From the sequence record NC_021796.1: a DNA stretch of 32,000 nt; one strand, written 5' to 3'. Made by a program: the position numbers and the translations under genes. Positions 9,384 to 18,492 of this stretch are shown piece by piece. Numbering within the stretch: the stretch's first letter is position 1; each line of letters opens with the position of its first letter. The stretch comes from Cellulophaga phage phi38:1. Under the pieces are notes generated by a model that saw nothing but the letters and a program-made list of their open reading frames with translations, was not told where the DNA came from and made no database searches.

Positions 9384-9533
9384 TTATTTAATTTTATTCC
9401 TCTTTTTAATTTCGTTTATCCTAGATTTCATCTCCTTATCTTCTCCTTTACTTCTTAAGTACATAGACGATACTTCAAAAGCTTCGTTGTATGATTCTAA
9501 GTAACCTATAAGCGTCTTAATGTCATCTTTCAT
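9384..9533 (-). CDS. hypothetical small charged protein (49 aa)
   Basis: Hand-read ORF MKDDIKTLIGYLESYNEAFEVSSMYLRSKGEDKEMKSRINEIKKRNKIK fills an otherwise empty gap. Confidence 0.6.
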   Translation of the reverse strand: MKDDIKTLIGYLESYNEAFEVSSMYLRSKGEDKEMKSRINEIKKRNKIK

Positions 9534-9544
9534 ATTTAATATTT

Positions 9545-11437
9545 TTAAAATGGTCTTACTATTGGTTTAAAGTCATCTCCGAACGCATCCTCTGCAGTCT
9601 TCTTAGGTATAGTCTTCTCCTCAGTAACAATTCCTTGTTTCTTTAAAGACTCATACATGGGGTTTCTATTGGAGCTATCGAAGTAGCCTCTGAATCCATC
9701 TACAGTCTTGTAAGATAGAGCTGTAGACTCGCTAGCAGGTGTTATACTACCTCCTGTATCATAATCTTTTATCTTTGCAGACCTTATATCCATCATCCTC
9801 TTTAAGGCGTCTACTTTATGGTTTGTTATCCTATGATACACTAAGAATCCGTCGCATCTGTTAGCAAACATATTTCCTCCGATTGCATCGTAGTGGTATG
9901 GAGCTTTTAGATATCCGTCTTGGTCTCTAGGTGCTCTAGCCGCCTCCGTGTTAGGGTGGACAGACATGAATACCGCCATAACTTTCTTACTGTAAATATT
10001 AAGCCTTGAAAGAAGGTCGTCGTTATAGTTGTAAGTGTTTGCAGCAGGTTTCTTAAAGTATGAGAAAGGGTCGATAAATAGTCCATCTAAATTGTGGAAC
10101 TTATTTAAAACCTCTGCCCTCTTAAGAATATCCTCTACTGAGAAAAACTCTTCGTTTTTAAAGATAAAGAAGTGAGAGTACATGAAGTCTTTAAACACTT
10201 GCAATTCCTTGTCTCTACCTTTATAGTAAGAAATTTGCTTACCGCAAAGGGCCTCTAAAAGGTACCTTTTTACTGTACCCACATCATTTTCTCCGCAACA
10301 TATAGCAAACTTCTTACCGTAAAGGACAGATAGGCCTACTAATTTGTGAAGAACCATGAACGTCTTCCCTACACCTTCAAAGGCGAGTATAAAGTTTAGG
10401 GTCTTCTCTTTAAATACGTAGTACGGATCTAAGTCAGGCCAACCGAAAGATAATCCTAGTGGAATATCACCCGATATGTATTGGTCTAACTTTTCTTCGT
10501 CTTCGCCTGCCCAAGATATAAAGGATAAGTCGCTGTAATCAGTATCGTCGTCTTCCTCGTCTTCTTTAGGTAGGTCTACACCATACCCCATTTTACGTAG
10601 TTGTCTGTAACCTTTAGCAAAATCTCCGTCTGCATTTATAATAGAATAGATTGCAGAATTACTGTAAGGTTTCTCTGTATCGAATCCGGTAGAGGTTGAG
10701 AATACGTAAAGGAAATTGCCATCTAAGTTGTAAGTGGCAGACACACCATATCTTTGTTTGTCCGGCCTCCTTAGGTAGACCCAGTTTGCATCCTCTCTTA
10801 ATACTTCCCAACCTGCTTCTTCAAGTATGTCTAGCCCTATGTCAGGGTCTTCGTTGTACTTTGGGAAGGGGTCTTTAAATTCTCCATCACCGTAAAAGGT
10901 TTTCTTTTCTCTAATCCTTTCGTCGTATGTCTTACAAGTAGTTATAAGTACATTTCTTTCGTAGTTCTCTATAAACTGTATGTCTAGAATATCTCCGTAG
11001 ATAATCTCGTAACCCTCAGACGGATAGCATTTAATATATCCTCCCTGTCCTCTAGTCTCCATTATGACATCTTTATTTGCCTTAGATGCCAATTTCTGAT
11101 TGCCTTCTACTACGGAAGTTCTATACATTAAGTGGTAGCCGCCACTCTTAGTCTTAGCTACTACTAATTTTCTTAATATGTTATCAGGTATCTTAGACTT
11201 CCAATCTTCCCAAACCTCGTCTTGATTCTCTAAGACATCTAAATCCATATCTAGCACCTCAAGTCCTCCTGATACTGAACCCGTACAAATCCCAATCTCT
11301 TGGAAGTCGAACTCTGATAAGTCTTCTCCTATTGGGAGGCCCCAACCTGATATGTTAGGTATTTTATCTCCTTTATTTAGCGGCACGGGGTTTAGGCCCG
11401 CTTTTAAGTAAGACTCTGCTGTTTCTCTGTACGCCAT
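9545..11437 (-). CDS. Bifunctional primase-polymerase (prim-pol) / DnaB-like SF4 helicase
   Basis: 630 aa; N-term SYLKAGLNPVPLNKGDKIPNISGW...GGLEVLDMDLD (prim-pol), C-term FILAFEGVGKTFMVLHKL (Walker A-like), LDGLFIDPFSYF (Walker B), FMSVHPNTEA, DAIGGNMFANRCDG. Confidence 0.85.
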   Translation of the reverse strand: MAYRETAESYLKAGLNPVPLNKGDKIPNISGWGLPIGEDLSEFDFQEIGICTGSVSGGLEVLDMDLDVLENQDEVWEDWKSKIPDNILRKLVVAKTKSGGYHLMYRTSVVEGNQKLASKANKDVIMETRGQGGYIKCYPSEGYEIIYGDILDIQFIENYERNVLITTCKTYDERIREKKTFYGDGEFKDPFPKYNEDPDIGLDILEEAGWEVLREDANWVYLRRPDKQRYGVSATYNLDGNFLYVFSTSTGFDTEKPYSNSAIYSIINADGDFAKGYRQLRKMGYGVDLPKEDEEDDDTDYSDLSFISWAGEDEEKLDQYISGDIPLGLSFGWPDLDPYYVFKEKTLNFILAFEGVGKTFMVLHKLVGLSVLYGKKFAICCGENDVGTVKRYLLEALCGKQISYYKGRDKELQVFKDFMYSHFFIFKNEEFFSVEDILKRAEVLNKFHNLDGLFIDPFSYFKKPAANTYNYNDDLLSRLNIYSKKVMAVFMSVHPNTEAARAPRDQDGYLKAPYHYDAIGGNMFANRCDGFLVYHRITNHKVDALKRMMDIRSAKIKDYDTGGSITPASESTALSYKTVDGFRGYFDSSNRNPMYESLKKQGIVTEEKTIPKKTAEDAFGDDFKPIVRPF

Positions 11438-11463
11438 ATTTGTTTTTTTGATAGTTTTATTTA

Positions 11464-11952
11464 TTATAGAATAATTGATACATCCTCTCTCCCGATTAAT
11501 TCAGACTCCGATACAACTGGACTTGAAGGGTCTACTTTTAAGAACCTTCTAAGTTGGATAGAGTAGACAAACACCTCTGAACTAGCCTCAGAACATGGAA
11601 TAGCCCAGTTATTCCTACTCCCGTAAAATTTAACTTCCTCTAAATTATATTGGTGAGCTTCATTCGGGTCTAGTGTAGTTCCTTGATAAGGGCTTTTATA
11701 AAAAACTCCGTTTGGTGGGTTGTATATTAAAAACTTTGTGTTTGATGCATATAATTTACTCTCTTTAACTAAGTCATGACCCTTAAGGTCAATATAATCA
11801 AGGGGCACTGGTACTACTCTCCCACTTAACTCACTCATTGCATCTGCTACATCTTTAGCTTCATAAACTTTTGCTTGCATTTTAAATGGAACTAGTATAC
11901 CATCGTCTCCTATAAACAAACTTTTATTGTATATTTTTATATAGAACTTCAT
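11464..11952 (-). CDS. hypothetical protein, paralog of 11980-12468
   Basis: 162 aa; aligns end-to-end with the adjacent ORF. Confidence 0.65.
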   Translation of the reverse strand: MKFYIKIYNKSLFIGDDGILVPFKMQAKVYEAKDVADAMSELSGRVVPVPLDYIDLKGHDLVKESKLYASNTKFLIYNPPNGVFYKSPYQGTTLDPNEAHQYNLEEVKFYGSRNNWAIPCSEASSEVFVYSIQLRRFLKVDPSSPVVSESELIGREDVSIIL

Positions 11953-11962
11953 AATTACTTTT

Positions 11963-11975
11963 TTTGATAGTGTTA
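11963..11975 (-). promoter_or_regulatory. Copy of conserved upstream motif (TAACACTATCAAA)
   Basis: Exact 11-nt core AACACTATCAA, about 10 nt before ATG at 11952. Confidence 0.58.
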
Positions 11976-11979
11976 ATTA

Positions 11980-12468
11980 TTATAGAATAACTGATATATC
12001 CTCTCTCCCGATTAATTCAGACTCCGATATATTTGGAATCGAAGTGTCTACTTTTAAGAACCTCTTAAGTCTTTCGGAGTATATAAATAAATCTGAAATA
12101 GGGTCAGAGCATGGAATAAACCACATACTTGACCCCGAGAAATAATCGACCCCTTTAAGATCGTACTTGTAGGCTAACTCAGGGTTTTGTGTAGTTCCCT
12201 CACAAGGCGCTCTATAAAAAAGCCCCGAATGGGGGTAGTATATCAAGCACTTTGAATCTTTTGGATACGGGATAGAAAGGTCACTTAAGCTTACATCGCC
12301 GGGTTCTAAGTAGTTAACAGGAGATGCTACCACGGGGTTATTTAATTCAGATATTACTTTATATACGTCCTCTGATTCGTAGATATTTGCCCCTTCCTTG
12401 GTTGGTAAAAACACTCCGTTCTCACCTAAGTACCTATCTCCGTAATTTTCTTTTATGTAAAACTTCAT
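11980..12468 (-). CDS. hypothetical protein, paralog of 11464-11952
   Basis: 162 aa; same length, same C-terminus ESELIGREDxSxIL. Confidence 0.65.
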   Translation of the reverse strand: MKFYIKENYGDRYLGENGVFLPTKEGANIYESEDVYKVISELNNPVVASPVNYLEPGDVSLSDLSIPYPKDSKCLIYYPHSGLFYRAPCEGTTQNPELAYKYDLKGVDYFSGSSMWFIPCSDPISDLFIYSERLKRFLKVDTSIPNISESELIGREDISVIL

Positions 12469-12470
12469 AG

Positions 12471-13202
12471 TTATTTTTTTGATTTTTCAAACTCTCTTCT
12501 AAGAAGCTCGGCCATAATATAATTACTATGCGTAGGTATTCCATCCCTCCAACCTTTTGGAGAAACTCTTGTACCATCGTCCGTGGTTATGAAGAAATAT
12601 TCATACCCTTTAGGAGCTCCATCTACGGCCTCTAACTTGTTTTCCTCTCGACACCATACTTTTTCTAGCGTGAGTTTCCAACTTCTTATTTTCTTATTAT
12701 TTTTATTATACCAGTCATTACTGGCGTAGTAGTCAACGAAAGTCTTTCCGTTTACTATGTAGCCTTTTTCCAATGCGTATTGTGTAGCTTCCTCAGGTGT
12801 TGGAGGTGTAAACGCTAATGGTGGCTTGAAGTCATCTTCTGTGTAGATCTCTAATAGTTCATCCCTATATCGAGAGGCCTTCCCCTCTTCTATAGCCTTA
12901 CGGATGTTAAGTTTTGATTTAGATAGCGATAAGAAATGTTCTTTTATTATAAAAACGTTAAATAAACCATCTTTGAAATGAACTAAATACCCACTCTCTT
13001 TTAATTCTTCTATACTCTCTTCTATTTCAACTTTGCCAGTAATCCCTATGTTTAAGTCTGTATTTAAAGACTCGTCTCTCAAAACCAACACTCCTAGAGT
13101 GCTTATTTGAGGTTGGGTTACTAAGTAAACATACAAGAGTTTAGAATGGGCAGACAACGTAGAAAAATACGCATCCGCCCATAATTTACCTATTGGTACC
13201 AT
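12471..13202 (-). CDS. Phage replication initiator/replisome organizer-like protein
   Basis: 243 aa; N-term GKLWADAYFSTLSAHSKLLYVYLVTQPQISTLGVLVL (winged-helix replication protein style), C-term ALEKGYIVNGKTFVDYYASNDWYNKNNKKIRSWKLTLEKVWC resembles phage helicase-loader regions. Confidence 0.6.
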   Translation of the reverse strand: MVPIGKLWADAYFSTLSAHSKLLYVYLVTQPQISTLGVLVLRDESLNTDLNIGITGKVEIEESIEELKESGYLVHFKDGLFNVFIIKEHFLSLSKSKLNIRKAIEEGKASRYRDELLEIYTEDDFKPPLAFTPPTPEEATQYALEKGYIVNGKTFVDYYASNDWYNKNNKKIRSWKLTLEKVWCREENKLEAVDGAPKGYEYFFITTDDGTRVSPKGWRDGIPTHSNYIMAELLRREFEKSKK

Positions 13203-13210
13203 CTATATCC

Positions 13211-13951
13211 TTAGAATGGTTTATTGCTCTTTGGTTTGTCCTCTTTAGCGTCAGTAGCCTTGGCCCTTTTCTTACGCTCAGGCTTAGCCTTTACTTCCTC
13301 TTTAGGAGTAGAGTCTTTATCTCCTGCATCCTCAGAAGGTGCGCCATCTTTAAAGTTTTCTTTGATGAAGTCAACTAAGTGGTCATAGATGAAAGTTTCT
13401 TGCTCTGAGTAATCCCACTCTGTAAGACGTCCTTTTTTCTTTTGGACTGGCTCAGGCATCTCGTCATAAGTAAGGAAGTAATCTACCTTCTCATCATCTT
13501 GATACATTTTTACACCGCTTCTAGAGGATTTTCCGGTCTCTTCTGCAGTCATGTTCCATAGACCAAAGTCCACTTCCTTGGTTAAATCTAAATTACCGAT
13601 TCTTCTAATGAAATCTTTAGAAGTTCTACTGAACACATCCCCAAGTGAGATAACATATTTGTCATCTACGTCAGTCATGCTAACCTCTACCATATCGCCC
13701 CAATCAGCTTCGTTGATAGAAATTCCGGTAATCTTAGCCTCTAAGTTTCTTAAGATGTAGTAATATACTACCTGACCTTCGTTCTTACCTTTAGTCTTCT
13801 TTCTTTCAAGAATATCTTCCGGATTAAGGCCTAAAGACTCTAACTTTGAGGTTAACTTCGCCTCATCGGTGTTCTCTAATACTAATTCGCTTGCGTAAAC
13901 TCCTACGTAAGTCGTGTTTGAAGCTCCCGCTCCCCTTGTGTTAATCGCCAT
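13211..13951 (-). CDS. hypothetical protein with charged C-terminal tail (possibly single-stranded DNA-binding type)
   Basis: 246 aa; folded N-terminal part, long K/E/D-rich tail; position inside replication cluster. Confidence 0.5.
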   Translation of the reverse strand: MAINTRGAGASNTTYVGVYASELVLENTDEAKLTSKLESLGLNPEDILERKKTKGKNEGQVVYYYILRNLEAKITGISINEADWGDMVEVSMTDVDDKYVISLGDVFSRTSKDFIRRIGNLDLTKEVDFGLWNMTAEETGKSSRSGVKMYQDDEKVDYFLTYDEMPEPVQKKKGRLTEWDYSEQETFIYDHLVDFIKENFKDGAPSEDAGDKDSTPKEEVKAKPERKKRAKATDAKEDKPKSNKPF

Positions 13952-13963
13952 ATTTAATTGAAT

Positions 13964-14476
13964 TTAATTGTTATATGATTTTATTCTGCTTTCGTAATAC
14001 TCGAAGTCTGAACTTAAAGACTCTTTATTTTCTTTAAGCAGTCTCCTTTTCTTCTCATACAGTTTTTTAGACCTTTCGTATGATTTAATAAGCTTGTCTG
14101 TGTTAGACCCCTGCTTCTGGATCCCCTTTTTCATATTTGAATACGCTAAGGTGGCCTGAACTGTCCAATAATTAATCTCTGTATCAATAGTTATTATTTG
14201 CCTGTTTATACTGGTAAGCTTATCTTGGTCATTATGAACCATAACCATTAGCAAAGTCTTTACAAAACCTAATCTTAGAATATTCTCTGTAATCTTAGGA
14301 TCTACTTCGTCGTAGTAGTCGCTAAATCTGACATCCTTCCAACCGTACTCCCCATTATGTCTCTTTGATATTTTGAAGCCCTTATAAATATAGGCTAAAT
14401 GGTCACCAAAATCAAACGGCTTTTTTTGCAGCTCTGATTCTGCCATTTTGTAAATCCTTTTATAAGTATCTTGCAT
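13964..14476 (-). CDS. hypothetical protein, predicted helical/coiled-coil
   Basis: 170 aa ORF. Confidence 0.55.
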   Translation of the reverse strand: MQDTYKRIYKMAESELQKKPFDFGDHLAYIYKGFKISKRHNGEYGWKDVRFSDYYDEVDPKITENILRLGFVKTLLMVMVHNDQDKLTSINRQIITIDTEINYWTVQATLAYSNMKKGIQKQGSNTDKLIKSYERSKKLYEKKRRLLKENKESLSSDFEYYESRIKSYNN

Positions 14477-14530
14477 ATTTGTAATTTATATATTAGCAAA
14501 TATAGCGAAACTAAATGGAAATTCCAAATC

Positions 14531-14905
14531 TTACGGTACTATTCTAGATAGCTCTACAGTCTCATCTTTTAAACCCTTTACTACTTTTACTCTAAGAGCG
14601 TCTACCTTATCTAGTAACTCCTTTACTTTAGATTCTATCCTATTTACGGTAACCTTAACCATTTTATCCGCTATAGCTTCGTTTACTGATAGTAGTATTA
14701 TATTTCCGTTTTGTATCAACTCTACGACCCTGCCTCCGACTGTTATACAACAACCTTCGGACTCATTTAGGATTATGTACTTGTTTATACCTTTTTGGAA
14801 AATCTTACTACCATTTTTGTTTATTATCCTTAGAAACTTTTTGTATATCTCAAAGTCTGACTCTGTTTGGCCCGACCTGAAAATCTTTTCTATCTGCTCT
14901 TTCAT
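14531..14905 (-). CDS. hypothetical protein
   Basis: 124 aa ORF preceded by motif AAACACTATCAAA. Confidence 0.6.
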   Translation of the reverse strand: MKEQIEKIFRSGQTESDFEIYKKFLRIINKNGSKIFQKGINKYIILNESEGCCITVGGRVVELIQNGNIILLSVNEAIADKMVKVTVNRIESKVKELLDKVDALRVKVVKGLKDETVELSRIVP

Positions 14906-14915
14906 ATCCTGTATT

Positions 14916-14928
14916 TTTGATAGTGTTT
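14916..14928 (-). promoter_or_regulatory. Copy of conserved upstream motif AAACACTATCAAA
   Basis: Exact motif on minus strand, overlapping the previous gene's TAA stop and 10 nt before ATG of the next gene. Confidence 0.6.
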
Positions 14929-15658
14929 ATCCCCTTCCTTTAGAATCCGGATAGAGGTCTTTACTTCTATCTGATAACCAAAACTCTCTGGTGTTCATAT
15001 CCATTATACAAAGTTGTCCGTTCCAACCTGCTCCGGTGTCCATGTTACATAAATTACCCACCCAAAAAGGTTCTCCTTTGTCATGTGAAGTGTGGCCAAT
15101 GTATACCTCCTTGAATTGCTTAAGTGGTTTGAAGCTATCTAACTCCCTTCTATTTCTAAGAGATAGTGCAGATCTGTATAATTCTCTATCCCAATGGCAT
15201 TCTCTGGATATAGAGCCTGCGTCAACTCTCAGGCTTGCTTGCCTTTCAAAATCTCCGTGGTGAGTATAATCCCAACCTGCGTGTACAAAGAGCCTATTTT
15301 CATCGTCTATATACCAATCTACTTGGTCTTCCCAAAACTTTACGTGCCTTTCGTCTTGTATTAATTTCTTATCTACGTAAGAGCGTACTGTAGCCTCTCC
15401 TCCTTGTTTAAGCCAATTGTTTGGGGCATCTTTATACTTAATCCAATCGTGGCACCACACATCGTGATTACCTCTGATAGCCACTAAATTCTTTATACTT
15501 AGTAGTATTTCTACACACTCGGGAGTATCATCCCAACCGTCTGCAACATCTCCTAGCTGTATTAACTTATCTACATCTTTATCAAACCCCGACCTTTCCA
15601 AACATTGCTTTAAGGCTCTTGCAGATCCGTGGATGTCTCCCATTACAAATACTCTCAT
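14927..15658 (-). CDS. Calcineurin-like metallophosphoesterase (Ser/Thr phosphatase-like)
   Basis: 243 aa; MRVFVMGDIHGS, IQLGDVADGWDD, AIRGNHDVW, VYIGHTSHD. Confidence 0.93.
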   Translation of the reverse strand: MRVFVMGDIHGSARALKQCLERSGFDKDVDKLIQLGDVADGWDDTPECVEILLSIKNLVAIRGNHDVWCHDWIKYKDAPNNWLKQGGEATVRSYVDKKLIQDERHVKFWEDQVDWYIDDENRLFVHAGWDYTHHGDFERQASLRVDAGSISRECHWDRELYRSALSLRNRRELDSFKPLKQFKEVYIGHTSHDKGEPFWVGNLCNMDTGAGWNGQLCIMDMNTREFWLSDRSKDLYPDSKGRG

Positions 15659-15680
15659 AATTTTTGTTTTTAATTATTAG

Positions 15681-15750
15681 TGGAGGTGCCGGAGTTGAAC
15701 CGGTATAGGCGCTTGTGAGGCCCCTGTTTTCCACATATGCATCTACCTCC
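15681..15750 (-). tRNA. Non-canonical tRNA-like gene; loop suggests CAC anticodon (Val) if functional
   Basis: GGAGGTAGATGCATATGTGGAAAACAGGGGCCTCACAAGCGCCTATACCGGTTCAACTCCGGCACCTCCA: 6 paired acceptor bases, CCGG-TTCAACT-CCGG T-arm, AGGGGC-CTCACAA-GCGCCT arm with a G/G mismatch; D-arm is weak. Confidence 0.5.
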
Positions 15751-15762
15751 TTACCAAATTGA

Positions 15763-16113
15763 TTACTGGTTGTCTAAAACATCTTTCAAGAAGCTTATCT
15801 TATCTAAATGGTCTTGTAGATTTTGCTCTGCATCCGTTAAGTCGTTCTTAGCTGTTAGTAATACTGTAATGTAATCCTTTCTGTCTGAGATAGGGTTTCC
15901 AAAGTTTACTTTAGAGCCTTCTAAACGCTCTTTACTCTTTGTTACCATGTCTTCAAAGTCTATTGTATCACCTTCGTAAGAAGAGATATGAGATTTTAAA
16001 GAGCTTTGCGCTTGCCTGTAAGCTTTTTCCGCTAATACTGAATCGTCGTCTCCTTTTAAAAACGCTTTAAAACTCGTTAAGAAAGACTCTGTTGTTGTTT
16101 TTGTTTTGCTCAT
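15763..16113 (-). CDS. hypothetical protein, helical
   Basis: 116 aa ORF. Confidence 0.55.
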   Translation of the reverse strand: MSKTKTTTESFLTSFKAFLKGDDDSVLAEKAYRQAQSSLKSHISSYEGDTIDFEDMVTKSKERLEGSKVNFGNPISDRKDYITVLLTAKNDLTDAEQNLQDHLDKISFLKDVLDNQ

Positions 16114-16132
16114 AGTTGTATAATTTACTTAG

Positions 16133-17083
16133 TTAATATTTTAATTTTGATTTTCTAATTTTTTTAAGTTTGACGTCAGACGTCTCTATGCCTTTGTGGA
16201 CTACGGTGGTAGGAGTTGTTGTGCTAGGGGTTTTTATAAATGACTTATCCGAACCCTTATAAAGCCCTTCAAAAGGATTTCCCTGTACCGTCACGCCTTT
16301 ATCGCCTAATAAAACACCCCATTTTCCATTGCTGTGTATGAACCCTTTCTGGTTATACGTCCAAATATCTCCCTTACTATTGGATCTTATATCTCCGTTA
16401 GACTCAACTGTAACTCCTTCCATACCACTGAAACCTCTAACAGGTCTGTATAATACGCCTTTTCCGTATATTTTTCTGGCTTTATCTAGATTAATGTCTA
16501 AGATCAAGGCTTCTATATCTTTTTCTGGATTATCTACTATATCTGACCATACTCCATCTTTGTAGATGAACCCTTTTTGACCCCCCACCCAAATATCTCC
16601 TCTACCATTAGACTTTATAATACCGCTAGAGATACTTGTAAACTTACTTTCAGGGCCTTTAAACGGCCTGTATACCACTCCTTTTTTGTATAATCTCTTG
16701 GCTTTTTCTAAAATTTCTTCTTTAGCGACTTTAACTAAACCCTCAAGAGTGGTGGTAGGTTTTGATCCTTTTACTACACCTGCAATATCTTTTCCTGTCT
16801 TCTCTTTACTGATACTGTACTGACTTAGTATAGCACTTATTACAGATAGTACGTCTGCTTTTGAATCCTTGGTGCTAGTGTATACCGAAGACCAACTTAT
16901 ACCGTGGTCTAAAGACTTCATCCAATTTATTTTAGAGAATATTACTGAGGACAATGGTCTATCTAGTAAATTAGACATATCTACACCTTTATTAGTGTCT
17001 TTTACACAGAACTCCAATACGCTATAAGCGATTAAACTGTTTTCTAATACATCTCTTACTTTTATATCTATCCCTTTTTTCAT
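16133..17083 (-). CDS. hypothetical protein with two internal repeats
   Basis: 316 aa; repeat units YKKGVVYRPFKG...IIKSNGRGDIWVGGQKGFIYKDGVWSD and YGKGVLYRPVRG...DIRSNSKGDIWTYNQKGFIHSNGKWG. Confidence 0.6.
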   Translation of the reverse strand: MKKGIDIKVRDVLENSLIAYSVLEFCVKDTNKGVDMSNLLDRPLSSVIFSKINWMKSLDHGISWSSVYTSTKDSKADVLSVISAILSQYSISKEKTGKDIAGVVKGSKPTTTLEGLVKVAKEEILEKAKRLYKKGVVYRPFKGPESKFTSISSGIIKSNGRGDIWVGGQKGFIYKDGVWSDIVDNPEKDIEALILDINLDKARKIYGKGVLYRPVRGFSGMEGVTVESNGDIRSNSKGDIWTYNQKGFIHSNGKWGVLLGDKGVTVQGNPFEGLYKGSDKSFIKTPSTTTPTTVVHKGIETSDVKLKKIRKSKLKY

Positions 17084-17094
17084 ACCTCTTTGTT

Positions 17095-17502
17095 TTATTG
17101 GTTAATAAAGTACTCTATTAGATAGAGCCTTGGTGCAATTAGAACCTTTAAAAGGCTGTACACTCCGTCAATCAAGCTGTAAAATGATAAAGGTGCTGCA
17201 ATTGCTGTAAAAATACAAAGGAGGGCAAACATAGGGCCTCCTTTTTCGTAATACCTTCCCATAATCAGGCTGTCGTAGCGATTAGACTTCTCCTTCCTTC
17301 CTAATAAAATAAATATCTTGTATATTAGGAAAAGGTATAAGGATGAAAAAACTATCCCTAAAACTTCCGAGGCTATATGCCACCTATAAAACTCTTTCAA
17401 CAGGATTGGTGCCTGCTCTATTACAAAGTCACCTGTAGACTCCGCCACCTCTATACCTTTCTTTACTAATTTTGCTAATTCTGAATCTAGATTATCTTCC
17501 AT
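17095..17502 (-). CDS. predicted membrane protein
   Basis: 135 aa; hydrophobic stretches HIASEVLGIVFSSLYLFLIYKIFILL and PMFALLCIFTAIAAPLSFYSLI. Confidence 0.6.
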   Translation of the reverse strand: MEDNLDSELAKLVKKGIEVAESTGDFVIEQAPILLKEFYRWHIASEVLGIVFSSLYLFLIYKIFILLGRKEKSNRYDSLIMGRYYEKGGPMFALLCIFTAIAAPLSFYSLIDGVYSLLKVLIAPRLYLIEYFINQ

Positions 17503-17524
17503 ATAACTGCCTTATTTTTTCTGT

Positions 17525-18304
17525 TTATAAGTTTTCTTTAACCCAATTTTCTAATCTTACACATCTATCTACATCTCTTCCTTGATACCAAGTGCATAGG
17601 TGTTGAATATCGGATTTTAATACTTGCAACTCTGACCTACTATAAGTCTTTTCTTCTACAAATTTAATTGTGATAGTGTTGTATACTAGGTCTACTTTAA
17701 GTTTATAAATATTATTTTCAGAAAAACTTGGAGTCCAGTATCCTAGCCCCTTATTTTTAAAGTTTAATCTAGTATTATATTCATCAAATTCATACTCAAT
17801 TAACACCTCATCAATACCACCGAGCTCACAATACTTCTTGATGAACTCTTGTGGTGGCGATGGTAAATATGCAGTTTGAACTTTATCTCCTTGACATATA
17901 TCACACACCCTTTGTGTAGTGTACGTTCCAGAAAATGTTGTTTCTCCTGTACCATTACATTGAAAACACTGCTTAGTTTTTATTAATGATGTATCAGTTG
18001 TAGCTATTATTTTAACTAATGAAAATATATTAGTTTTAATTTCATATTCTCCATTTGTAAAATGATAAGATTCTGAAGTTACCATTTGTACTTGAAGTAT
18101 TTCTTTCTGATTATAGAGTACCCAATTACCCGCTTCAATATCCTCATCTACAGTTAGGTATAGATGTTGATTTGTATATTGCTTCTTTTCATTTGCTTCC
18201 TTGACATTATCATAATAGTATAAATTCTTACTGTTCATGTGTGCTATAATGCAGGTCTTTCCTTTTGTTGGCAACATCGCTACTCTACTCTTTCTATACT
18301 CCAT
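17525..18304 (-). CDS. hypothetical protein with DnaJ-type zinc motif
   Basis: 259 aa; CFQCNGTGETTFSGTYTTQRVCDICQGDKV. Confidence 0.6.
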   Translation of the reverse strand: MEYRKSRVAMLPTKGKTCIIAHMNSKNLYYYDNVKEANEKKQYTNQHLYLTVDEDIEAGNWVLYNQKEILQVQMVTSESYHFTNGEYEIKTNIFSLVKIIATTDTSLIKTKQCFQCNGTGETTFSGTYTTQRVCDICQGDKVQTAYLPSPPQEFIKKYCELGGIDEVLIEYEFDEYNTRLNFKNKGLGYWTPSFSENNIYKLKVDLVYNTITIKFVEEKTYSRSELQVLKSDIQHLCTWYQGRDVDRCVRLENWVKENL

Positions 18305-18322
18305 GTTAGCAAATTTAATTTT

Positions 18323-18454
18323 TTAAAAATCTATGTACTTAATATCTGGCAAAAGGCCAAGATAGACTACAGGCCGTTCATCGACCTCTTTAGTAATCAT
18401 CTTTAGCCAGTGCCACTTACCTTCAATGCACTTAACTGGGTGCCATGCAAACCA
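18323..18454 (-). CDS. hypothetical small protein (43 aa)
   Basis: Hand-read ORF MVAWHPVKCIEGKWHWLKMITKEVDERPVVYLGLLPDIKYIDF in an otherwise unannotated gap. Confidence 0.45.
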   Translation of the reverse strand, partial: WFAWHPVKCIEGKWHWLKMITKEVDERPVVYLGLLPDIKYIDF

Positions 18455-18492
18455 TCTATAGCTGCTTATATATTTACTTCCGTTCATTTAAT

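Noticed and set aside
5061-10878. Plus-strand ORFs 5061-5255, 5259-5498, 6620-6814, 8464-8721, 8773-8979, 10696-10878
   Set aside because: All short, antisense to confidently identified enzymes.
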